Part shown: positions 28,301 through 37,806 of the stretch, piece after piece | Layout: every line of letters starts with the position of its first letter | Numbering within the stretch: the stretch's first letter is position 1 | Assembly: GCA_934277615.1 (NCBI GenBank) | Contig: CAKQUV010000001.1 | Coordinates: 206,380 to 270,379 of the forward strand | Length of the DNA stretch: 64,000 nucleotides | Origin: an uncultured Clostridia bacterium | Lineage (GTDB): Bacteria; Bacillota; Clostridia; Christensenellales; CAG-917 | Reading direction: 5' to 3' | Position numbers and translations under genes: made by a program | The notes under the pieces: model-generated | The model's database searches: none | Told to the model about the DNA's origin: nothing | The model's input: the letters and a program-made list of their open reading frames with translations, nothing else

Positions 28301-28446
28301 ATTGTGCGCTAATAGCGCAAGCCTACGGCTTTTATTTGCAACTGCAAATGCAATCACTTCAAAAATATCATCGTTCGGAAACCCTTGCGAGCAAGTTTTC
28401 TCACTCGACATTGGCGCAATATTTATTGCTCCTCGGGAAGACAAGC

Positions 28447-28476
28447 GGAATATTTCGCAATTATTAATTATTAATT
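28447..28476 (+). repeat. 30-nt repeat ggaatatttcgcaattattaattattaatt (copy 1)
   Basis: 29/30 identical to 56189-56218. Ends 5 nt from the parB stop codon. Confidence 0.8.
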
Positions 28477-28481
28477 AATTT

Positions 28482-29381
28482 TTACAGTTTATCGTTATAC
28501 TTCAAGATTTGGACGAGAGCGTAAATTCTGTCAAGGTCGTCCTTATTGAAGTAGTCGATTGTGATACGACCTTTTTGGTCGTTACCAACAAGTTTGACCT
28601 TGGTTGCGAAGATGCGTTTCATATCGCCGACAAACTCTTTGAGTTCCAAAGACATAACGCCTTTTTCTCTCGGACCTGACGGAATGGCTTTTCTCGTGAA
28701 GTACAATCTTACACGGTTTTCGAGGTCGCGTACGGAAAGTTTGTTGTCGCAGGCTTGTTTTGCAAGCGTAACAAGATATTCTTTATCGTCAATCGAGATA
28801 AGCGTTCTTGCGTGTCCGGGGGAGAGCTTGCCTTCTCTGACGAGCTCGGTAACTTCGTCGGGGAGTTGCAAAAGTCGCAATGTGTTGGTTACGTACGGAC
28901 GAGATTTGCCAATACGGGATGCAACTTCTTCTTGAGTGAGCCCGTGATTTTCCATAAGTTCGCGCATACCTTCCGCCGCTTCGATTGCGTTGAGGTCTTC
29001 GCGGTGCAAGTTTTCGATGAGCGAAATCTCTTGTATTTGTTGCGGAGTAAAATCTCTGATGATTGCGGGCACTTTTTTAAGACCTGCGAGAAGGCTGGCT
29101 CTGAAACGACGTTCACCTGCGATGATGAGGTATCTTCCGCCCTCGCTTCTCACCAAAATAAGCGGTTGCAAAACGCCGTATGTGGCAATTGACGTAGCCA
29201 TTTCTTTGAGGCTGTCCTCATCGAACGTTTTTCTCGGCTGATTGGGGTTGCGGTCAATGAGCGTGATATCGATTTCTTGCGCTACGATATCGTCGGAGAT
29301 ATCCACTTTTACATTTTCTTCATTGTCGTTGAAAAGTGCGTTAAAGCCTTTGGAACCAAGTCCGCCTTTTGTATTTGCCAT
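28482..29381 (-). CDS. parB: ParB/Spo0J chromosome partitioning protein
   Basis: 299 aa. ParB box LQPLILV...YLIIAGERRFRA, HTH GLTQEEVASRIGKSRPYVTNTLRLL. AAGGAG RBS. The start lies 3 nt downstream of the parA stop codon (29385-29387). Confidence 0.93.
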   Translation of the reverse strand: MANTKGGLGSKGFNALFNDNEENVKVDISDDIVAQEIDITLIDRNPNQPRKTFDEDSLKEMATSIATYGVLQPLILVRSEGGRYLIIAGERRFRASLLAGLKKVPAIIRDFTPQQIQEISLIENLHREDLNAIEAAEGMRELMENHGLTQEEVASRIGKSRPYVTNTLRLLQLPDEVTELVREGKLSPGHARTLISIDDKEYLVTLAKQACDNKLSVRDLENRVRLYFTRKAIPSGPREKGVMSLELKEFVGDMKRIFATKVKLVGNDQKGRITIDYFNKDDLDRIYALVQILKYNDKL

Positions 29382-29384
29382 ACT

Positions 29385-30140
29385 TCACTCCTTATGTTTT
29401 GATATAAATTCTTGCGCAAGAGCTTTATATGCAAGCGCGCCTGCGCATTTTTCGTCGTAATTGTTTATTGTTTTTGCAAAACTCGGCGATTCCGCAAGCC
29501 GAATATTGCGAGGTATTTTGGTATCGAATACGGCGCTTTTGAATAGCGTTCGCACGTTGTTTTCCACATCTTGCGCAAGTTTGTTGCGCATGCACATAGT
29601 GAGCAGCACTCCGTCGATTTCGAGAGTCGGATTTAGATGCTTTTTCACAAGTCGCACGGTATTGAGCAGTTGATTCATGCCCTCCAAAGCAAAATATTCG
29701 CATTGAAGAGGTACAATCACGCCGTTTGACGCAGCGAGCGCATTGACAAGCAGCAGATTTATGGACGGCGCGCAATCTATAAAGATGTAGTCGTACCTGT
29801 CAAGAACATCGGATAGCACGTTTTTAAGCACGTATTCTCTGTTCTCTTTGTCTTTAAGTTCGAGTTCCGCACCCGTCAAATCCCTTGACGACGGCACAAA
29901 ATCGAAGTCTACACCCTTTCTGATGCAAGGTCTGATATTGCCGGCGCATAGCGCGGTATATATCGAATTATCGACTTTTTTGTCGAACACCCCGAGCGCG
30001 CTTGACGCGTTGGCTTGCGAATCTAGGTCAACGAGCAAAACTTTGTATCCCGAGAGAGCGATATAAGCGGCAAGATTTACACACGAAGTGGTTTTGCCGA
30101 CGCCTCCCTTTTGGTTTGAAAAGGATACGACGTACGCCAT
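29385..30140 (-). CDS. parA: ParA/Soj partition ATPase
   Basis: 251 aa. Deviant Walker A NQKGGVGKTTS, and IFIDCAPS. Confidence 0.93.
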   Translation of the reverse strand: MAYVVSFSNQKGGVGKTTSCVNLAAYIALSGYKVLLVDLDSQANASSALGVFDKKVDNSIYTALCAGNIRPCIRKGVDFDFVPSSRDLTGAELELKDKENREYVLKNVLSDVLDRYDYIFIDCAPSINLLLVNALAASNGVIVPLQCEYFALEGMNQLLNTVRLVKKHLNPTLEIDGVLLTMCMRNKLAQDVENNVRTLFKSAVFDTKIPRNIRLAESPSFAKTINNYDEKCAGALAYKALAQEFISKHKE

Positions 30141-30178
30141 AAAAACAGTGTAGCATACAAAAACGCTTTTTTCAATGA

Positions 30179-30199
30179 TGTTTCACAAAAAGTTTCACG
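30179..30199. promoter_or_regulatory. two parS half-sites (TGTTTCAC, GTTTCACG) in the parA upstream region
   Basis: gatgtttcacaaaaagtttcacgaaaaa lies 40-60 nt upstream of the parA start codon (30140). Confidence 0.4.
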
Positions 30200-30254
30200 A
30201 AAAATTTATAAAAAATGGAAAATAATGTTATTAAATTACTTTCCATTCAAAATT

Positions 30255-30944
30255 TTATAAGGGTTTTTTCTTTATACTCCCATACACTCTTGGGTACTGC
30301 GGCGGAGTTTGTTTTACTTTTTCAAAAACCATAATTGCACGCTTATCCCCGTTTGGTAAATTCAAAAACTTGGTGTGCAAATGCTTTGCGCCAAGCACTT
30401 TCATTGCGTTTTGAGCGCTTTCAAGTTCACTCTCGTCCGTCTTGTACGCAAGGAAAATTCCGCCCACTTTCAAAAACGGCATAGCAAGTTCAAGCAAAAT
30501 CGGAAGTGCGGAAACTGCCCTTGCCGTAACCACGTCGTACTTTGCAAATTGCGTCTTTTGCTCTTCCGCTCTGCCTGCTATCGTTGAGATATTATTTATT
30601 CCAAGCTGCCTTGCGCTTTGCGATACGAACGCCATTTTCTTTGCCGTGGAATCGAGCGCAGTTACCGATACGTCATCTCTTGCAATGGCAATTGGCATAG
30701 ACGGAAACCCACCGCCGGAGCCTATATCGCAAAGTTTTGCGCCGTGCGGAATTTCGCTTATTCCTGCAAGCGAGTCTATGATATGCTTTATGGTAAAGTC
30801 TTTCTCTTCGGTGATTGCGGTGAGGTTGAAAGCCTTGTTGCACTCAACCACTTTTTCATAGTACGAACAAAGCGCTTCCGCTTGATCGGAAGTTATAGTT
30901 GCGCCAACTTGTGCCGCTCCGTTTACAAGAAAGTCTTTATCCAT
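30255..30944 (-). CDS. rsmG: 16S rRNA (guanine527-N7)-methyltransferase RsmG (GidB)
   Basis: 229 aa. SAM motif DIGSGGGFPSMPIA. Sits in the typical gidB-parA-parB context. Confidence 0.92.
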   Translation of the reverse strand: MDKDFLVNGAAQVGATITSDQAEALCSYYEKVVECNKAFNLTAITEEKDFTIKHIIDSLAGISEIPHGAKLCDIGSGGGFPSMPIAIARDDVSVTALDSTAKKMAFVSQSARQLGINNISTIAGRAEEQKTQFAKYDVVTARAVSALPILLELAMPFLKVGGIFLAYKTDESELESAQNAMKVLGAKHLHTKFLNLPNGDKRAIMVFEKVKQTPPQYPRVYGSIKKKPL

Positions 30945-31206
30945 ATGAATATAATAACATTTTTTCTTGCGTTTTTCAAGCGTCGAGCCTCAATATTTAT
31001 AAAGCTATCAATTTGACGTTAAATTGCAAAACACGGTGTTTATATCGTTAAAATTGCAAGATTAAATATCAATATTGCTGTTTGTAATCGAAATTTACAA
31101 AATCTACAACAAAAAGAAAATATACAAATTTGCAAGACATTTTTTGCCCTGCTATTGTACTTAATACGAAATAGTGATAAAATATATAAACAAACGGAGG
31201 CAGTAT

Positions 31207-31929
31207 ATGAGAATTGCAATCGTAACCGCTATGGCGGAAGAAACGTTGCCAATCTTCCAAAAACTCGGCAACGTAGTTGATCAAAGTACAATAGCAGGCG
31301 TAGCTATCAGCAAGATAGAGCTTGACGGCGACACTATATATCTTGCAACGAGCGGCGTGGGCGAGGTCAAAGCCGCGCTTGCCGTGCAATTGCTTGTGGA
31401 TTTGTTCGATGTGGAAATTGTCCTCAACTTTGGCTTTGTCGGAGCGGTGGGCAAATTTGACGTGGGTGAAATCGTCGTGCCGAGAAAGGTCGTGCATTAT
31501 CAATTCGACGTAACGGAAGTGGATACGGATAGAAAGGTCGGACAATACAGCGGCATGGCGGACAACTTCTTCTATCTTGACGAAGTGGTCATCCAAAACG
31601 TGCTTGCCAATATCGGCAAACCCGTCAAACTTGTCAGCGTCGCAAGCGGCGATAAGTTTGTGGCAATCAAAGAAGAAAAACAAAGACTCAAAAGGGAGTT
31701 CGACGCGGACATCTGCGAGATGGAACTTGCAGGGCTTGCCATTGCGTGCGAGCGCAACAACATCCCCCTCTTCTCCGTCAAGGTGGTCAGCGACAACGCC
31801 GAGGAAGGCGCAAACGTGAGTTTTGAAACCGTTATGGCAAAAGGCGTCGCAGGTTACGAGAAGATGTTGCCTGCTATCCTTAAAGCCGTCAAAGAGGGCG
31901 CAAGCGCACTTCCGCCCGTAAAGGAATGA
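31207..31929 (+). CDS. mtnN: 5'-methylthioadenosine/S-adenosylhomocysteine nucleosidase
   Basis: Start at ATG 31207 with GGAGG RBS. MRIAIVTAMAEE...ATSGVGEVKAALAVQLL...NFGFVGAV (PNP_UDP_1 fold). Immediately upstream of luxS, which forms the activated methyl cycle pair. Confidence 0.85.
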   Translation: MRIAIVTAMAEETLPIFQKLGNVVDQSTIAGVAISKIELDGDTIYLATSGVGEVKAALAVQLLVDLFDVEIVLNFGFVGAVGKFDVGEIVVPRKVVHYQFDVTEVDTDRKVGQYSGMADNFFYLDEVVIQNVLANIGKPVKLVSVASGDKFVAIKEEKQRLKREFDADICEMELAGLAIACERNNIPLFSVKVVSDNAEEGANVSFETVMAKGVAGYEKMLPAILKAVKEGASALPPVKE

Positions 31930-31938
31930 GAAGTTATT

Positions 31939-32367
31939 ATGGAAAAGATAACGTCGTTTACAATCGACCACAACGTGCTTAAAAAGGGTTTTTACCTCAG
32001 CCGTGTGGATAAAAACGTGTTTACATACGATTTGCGCTTTAAAGAGCCGAATAAAGGCGACTATCTTCATATGGCTGCAATGCACACTATAGAGCATTTA
32101 TTTGCCACTGTTGTGCGCAACAGCGCGTATAAGGATAAAGTTGTGTATTTCGGCCCTATGGGCTGCAGAACGGGCTTTTATTTGCTTTTGTTCGATACGG
32201 ACAAAGATGAGGCACTCGCGCTCACCAAAGAGTGCGTCGCAAAATGCCTCGAACTCGATACGATCCCCGGTAGCAAGAAAATCGAGTGCGGAAACTACCG
32301 CTCTCACAACCTTGCCGGCGCAAAGAAAGAATTGTCCGAATATCTTGACGTCCTCAACACCCTGTGA
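31939..32367 (+). CDS. luxS: S-ribosylhomocysteine lyase LuxS
   Basis: 142 aa. Metal site HTIEHL and GCRTGFY. Confidence 0.93.
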   Translation: MEKITSFTIDHNVLKKGFYLSRVDKNVFTYDLRFKEPNKGDYLHMAAMHTIEHLFATVVRNSAYKDKVVYFGPMGCRTGFYLLLFDTDKDEALALTKECVAKCLELDTIPGSKKIECGNYRSHNLAGAKKELSEYLDVLNTL

Positions 32368-32483
32368 AACAGAGCTGAGTTGATATCTATATGTAAAAAA
32401 GTTTGTGTGCCGATATATTGTAATAAATCAAATACGAGTTTAGTGATAAATACTCATAACATAACATTTAAAAACGCACGGAT

Positions 32484-32515
32484 AACAGGTTGACGAAGCG
32501 TCAGCCTGTTTTTTC
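32484..32515 (+). terminator. intrinsic terminator after luxS
   Basis: aacaggttgacg-aagc-gtcagcctgtt followed by tttt. Confidence 0.7.
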
Positions 32516-32924
32516 ACTTTTACAATGAGTTATATTTCAACAAAACGAAAAAATAATAGTTTATAAGTAAACTATTATAACATATATAAACATATTGAAA
32601 TAGTGTGATAAACAGGGAAAACTCAGGTACATAAAACAATACGTGATTTTGATAATTGCCGAATATGGGTAAATAGTGTAAATAGTGTAAATAGCATGAA
32701 TATGTAAAAAAATATTGTGTTAAGTATAAGAAGGCTTAATTTGAATTGTAAATAGTAATTCATAGGTATAATTGTAATAATGTCATATTTATAAAGTGCC
32801 GATATTGCGGTCTGATAAGAATATATAAATAGACGGAGTGATTTAAACAAAGAGAGAAAAGCATATACTCACCGCCATTCTGTTTGTGATTAATTATGAT
32901 GATTTTTTGACATTTATCTCATAT

Positions 32925-32940
32925 TGTTTCACGTGTAACG
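32925..32940. promoter_or_regulatory. parS-like site tgtttcacgtgtaacg
   Basis: 14/16 match to the Firmicute parS consensus TGTTNCACGTGAAACA. Confidence 0.6.
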
Positions 32941-33051
32941 TATAGAAAAGCAAATATCAAGTTTCTACGAAATAAGCAAAATTATTAAATAAAAGCGTGC
33001 CGAGGTTTTAACTAAACTCGATACACTTGCTTTTATATTTGCGATTTGTAT

Positions 33052-33719
33052 TTATATATTATACCGAGAAATCGTTCGATGATATTCGTATATCGTATAC
33101 GTTGCTTTATAGTGATGTTGCCGATTATCTATCCGAGATTTGGCTCGATAATCGAGTAATCTCCCATTATCGTTCCATTCGCCGTACATAATACCCTTCC
33201 TTGTATTCTCGACAAATTTTGCCAGTCGTGATTGATAAAGTTCGAGTCGATGTTTGTTGAATTGAATTGTGTCTATTCTCACTCTTTGATATAGCGGCGG
33301 AAAACTCAAAAAGTTTTGCCACACAACGTTATCTGATTGCAGCAGGATTAATATATCTTGATTTATAACAAAACCACTCTCTGACATATCCGGTAACGCA
33401 GCTCTTCCGCTATCCGTCATAAGGCCGAGCTTCTCAAGCCTTCTGCAACGCTCATTATTAAGTTCTGTCCGGTTGCTGTTTTTCTACGCTTTGCAAAACG
33501 CTGCGCGGTGCTAGTATCCGATATTTTCTTTTGGGTGCTGTCAATCCAACCAAAGCATAGGGCTTCTTCAACCGCATCAATATACCAAAACGTAGTGCTA
33601 TCTGTAGGGCGACCTCTTTTAACTATTGCCCGGCATTCGTTTTCTTTCGAGTGATTATCCGTAAGCCACCCTCGGAACTCATATCTATTTTTGACGTTAA
33701 GCAAGTTTATTGTTTCCAT
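33052..33719 (-). pseudogene. YdeI/OmpD-associated family gene split by a 1-nt frameshift in an A5 run
   Basis: ORFs 33417..33719 and 33052..33420 encode the N and C halves of one YdeI-like protein. The second frame already reads KNSNRTELNNERCRRLEKLGLMTDSG upstream of its ATG. An A6 in place of the A5 (rc of 33479-33483) would restore a single ORF. Confidence 0.7.
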
Positions 33720-33785
33720 ATGCCGATTATACCACTATATATCGGAGTGGTCAATATTCCGCAAAAATCTATAAAAACGCAAAAT

Positions 33786-33801
33786 TGTTTCACGTGTAAC
33801 G
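33786..33801. promoter_or_regulatory. parS-like site tgtttcacgtgtaacg
   Basis: Same 16-mer as 32925-32940. Embedded in a 24-nt perfect direct repeat attgtttcacgtgtaacgtataga. Confidence 0.6.
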
Positions 33802-33870
33802 TATAGAGAAAATAGGCTAAACTCATACTAAATAGTAGAAGAGTAGCATGTTTTTGTGCATTAATCAAAA

Positions 33871-33888
33871 TGTGGATAATATGGATAA
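33871..33888. promoter_or_regulatory. two tandem DnaA boxes
   Basis: TGTGGATAA (perfect complement of TTATCCACA) is immediately followed by TATGGATAA (8/9). A further AGTGGATAA lies at 34021-34029. Confidence 0.55.
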
Positions 33889-34197
33889 TGATCAAATTGC
33901 GGGTAGAATTATATAATTTGATTATTACTACTTAGCATCTAATTGCAATTATTAGTCGGTGTTATTTTGACGATATTCAATCGTACTATAACAACCGCAA
34001 TATCAATAATTTACGTGTATAGTGGATAAACAATTATTGCCTCAAATTGAGAATAAAAACAAAGGCAAACATCACTAAAAACTGTATAAATCGAGATAAA
34101 AGCGCAACGAGAGCATGCGGTGTTTGATTGAAAGTAATAATAGTGATATGAGTGATAATATGGTGTGTTTATCGGAGAAATCGATGTAAAACGTCTA

Positions 34198-34213
34198 TGT
34201 TTCACGTGTAACA
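34198..34213. promoter_or_regulatory. parS-like site tgtttcacgtgtaaca
   Basis: 15/16 match to TGTTNCACGTGAAACA. Confidence 0.7.
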
Positions 34214-34230
34214 ATTTGATTTTCGAACCC

Positions 34231-34246
34231 CGTTTCACGTGGAACG
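34231..34246. promoter_or_regulatory. parS-like site cgtttcacgtggaacg
   Basis: 14/16 match read on the complementary strand (CGTTCCACGTGAAACG). Lies 17 nt from the previous site. Confidence 0.65.
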
Positions 34247-34743
34247 AAAACATCTGAAAACCCACTATTTAGTGGGGTTTTAGGCTGTTTTTGCTACCCA
34301 AAAAATAATTTTTGGTCTTTCACCATGTAAATTTTGACAGAAAAATTTTCGACCTTTCACCCAAATTTTTCGGCATAAAATGTTTCTCGATTTTTATAGA
34401 AAATTTTTACTGTTTCACACTGTTTCTATTGTTTGTATCTATGTTGTGTTTTTCTATATGATTCTTCTAGTGAAATCTTCTGTAATCTATAGTGATAAGT
34501 GCTGATTTTACCTGTTATTAATCTCTATTTTTCTATGCAATTTGATATTGAAGTATTGTTTACTGCTTTGTGTTTTGCTTGATGATGTACGACATAAACG
34601 GATAAATGCACTCATTTTTTCGTATCTCGTAATTCGCTTTTACAATATGATTATTAGGGTGTTTTTGATTTTGTTTATATTCTTTTGTATGCATAAAACA
34701 AGCAAAAACGCCGCTAAATAATGCGGCGTTTCACGGAAAACAA

Positions 34744-34761
34744 ATTTTCCACTTATCAACA
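34744..34761. promoter_or_regulatory. 18-mer attttccacttatcaaca (TTATCAACA is a DnaA box with 1 mismatch); second copy of the dnaN-upstream 18-mer
   Basis: 17/18 identical to 23890-23907. Confidence 0.45.
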
Positions 34762-34931
34762 CGTCAATGTCGGCTCAAACGGTTGAATTTCTATCGTTTT
34801 AGAGAAAAACATTATAAAACAGTTTACAAGTAAACATATGTACTTTCTTGTTTTTATACTTTTTGTCTTTTTTACGGTATTTTTTATTGCTCACAAAGAT
34901 CGATATTTGCCATTGAAAATTACTTTTTCTT

Positions 34932-35627
34932 TTATCTGAGTTGCATATATGTTGCTATCAGGAAAAGCATCGGACCTACAAGTACAAAAACGTGGAATAC
35001 GCAATGGACGTAGCGTTTATGCACACCGAAGAGCAATGCGCCTATAAGGCAGGATATCAGTCCAAAGAGATAAACAATGCTGGTTGCTAGCGGTATACCC
35101 GTTTCGCTGAAATACGCCGTGAAGAACGCGGCAAACATCAATCCGCCTATAACGAACGTCGAGGCAACTGACACTTTGCGGAAGATATCGAAGCGGACTT
35201 GACAAAGTATGAATATCAAAAGCGCAATTACAAGCGACGCGCCGAGCGCGACATAGCCGTATATGCTGCCGTACATGAGGCATGTTGCCGTTGCGCAGGC
35301 GATCACGTTGAGGTTGACGGCAGGGAAATCCACTTTGCGCCAAACAAGCTTACGTTTTAAATCCGTAACGCCGTGATACGTTGCCGACACGGCAAATTCG
35401 ATTGCTATAAATGCGCAGGACAACACAGCGCTTGCGTATGCGGCAGGAGTTGTGGCTTTTATGAGCATAAATATCATAAAAATCAGCGCAAAAACCGTGC
35501 CGAAAGCGTGCGTCGCGACGTTTATCAACTCTTCCTTGGGTGTGTAATACACGAGTTGATTTTGCTTGTACACTTCCTTCAATTCGTCGGTGTTGTCCGG
35601 CGTTTTCAATCTTTCTTTCAAATCCAT
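34932..35627 (-). CDS. hemolysin III / PAQR family membrane protein
   Basis: Seven hydrophobic helices. N-terminal EELINVATHAFG motif and C-terminal HVFVLVG. Start set at ATG 35627 (231 aa); the ORF track extends to a GTG at 35723. Confidence 0.8.
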   Translation of the reverse strand: MDLKERLKTPDNTDELKEVYKQNQLVYYTPKEELINVATHAFGTVFALIFMIFMLIKATTPAAYASAVLSCAFIAIEFAVSATYHGVTDLKRKLVWRKVDFPAVNLNVIACATATCLMYGSIYGYVALGASLVIALLIFILCQVRFDIFRKVSVASTFVIGGLMFAAFFTAYFSETGIPLATSIVYLFGLISCLIGALLFGVHKRYVHCVFHVFVLVGPMLFLIATYMQLR

Positions 35628-35789
35628 AGTTTTATCGTAAAGCAAAAATCTTGCTATGGCAAGCGATTGTGGCAATCTAAAACCGCCCAAAACGACGAAA
35701 TTCGTAAAAGATTGTCCAAACACTCATCCGCTGCCCTGGATTGAAAAAAGAGCGGTTTGAGTGCGCCAAAACAAAATTTGCGAAAACTC

Positions 35790-35818
35790 TTGATATTTTG
35801 ATATAAACTTGATATAAT
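35790..35818 (+). promoter_or_regulatory. sigma-A-type promoter for gyrBA
   Basis: TTGATA (35790-35795), 17-nt spacer, TATAAT (35813-35818). Followed by a ~65-nt A/T-rich leader and a GGAGG RBS. Confidence 0.5.
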
Positions 35819-35846
35819 ATTTTTACTTATTATTATTGAATAATAA

Positions 35847-37796
<1,950 letters not shown>

Positions 37797-37806
37797 GGAG
37801 TGAATT

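Larger units (their letters stand above)
32368..34931. other. A+T-rich, gene-poor island carrying a parS cluster, DnaA boxes and a decayed ydeI
   Basis: About 2.5 kb with only one recognisable (frameshifted) gene. Visibly much more A+T-rich than the flanking genes (not quantified). Contains 4 parS-like sites, several (T)GTTTCAC half-sites, TGTGGATAA boxes and a 9-nt tandem repeat. Confidence 0.7.

Noticed and set aside
32669-32695. Tandem 9-mers (gtaaatagt x3) as a possible CRISPR or iteron array.
   Set aside because: There are only three contiguous short units with no spacers, so it is not CRISPR. It is too short to support an iteron claim on its own.
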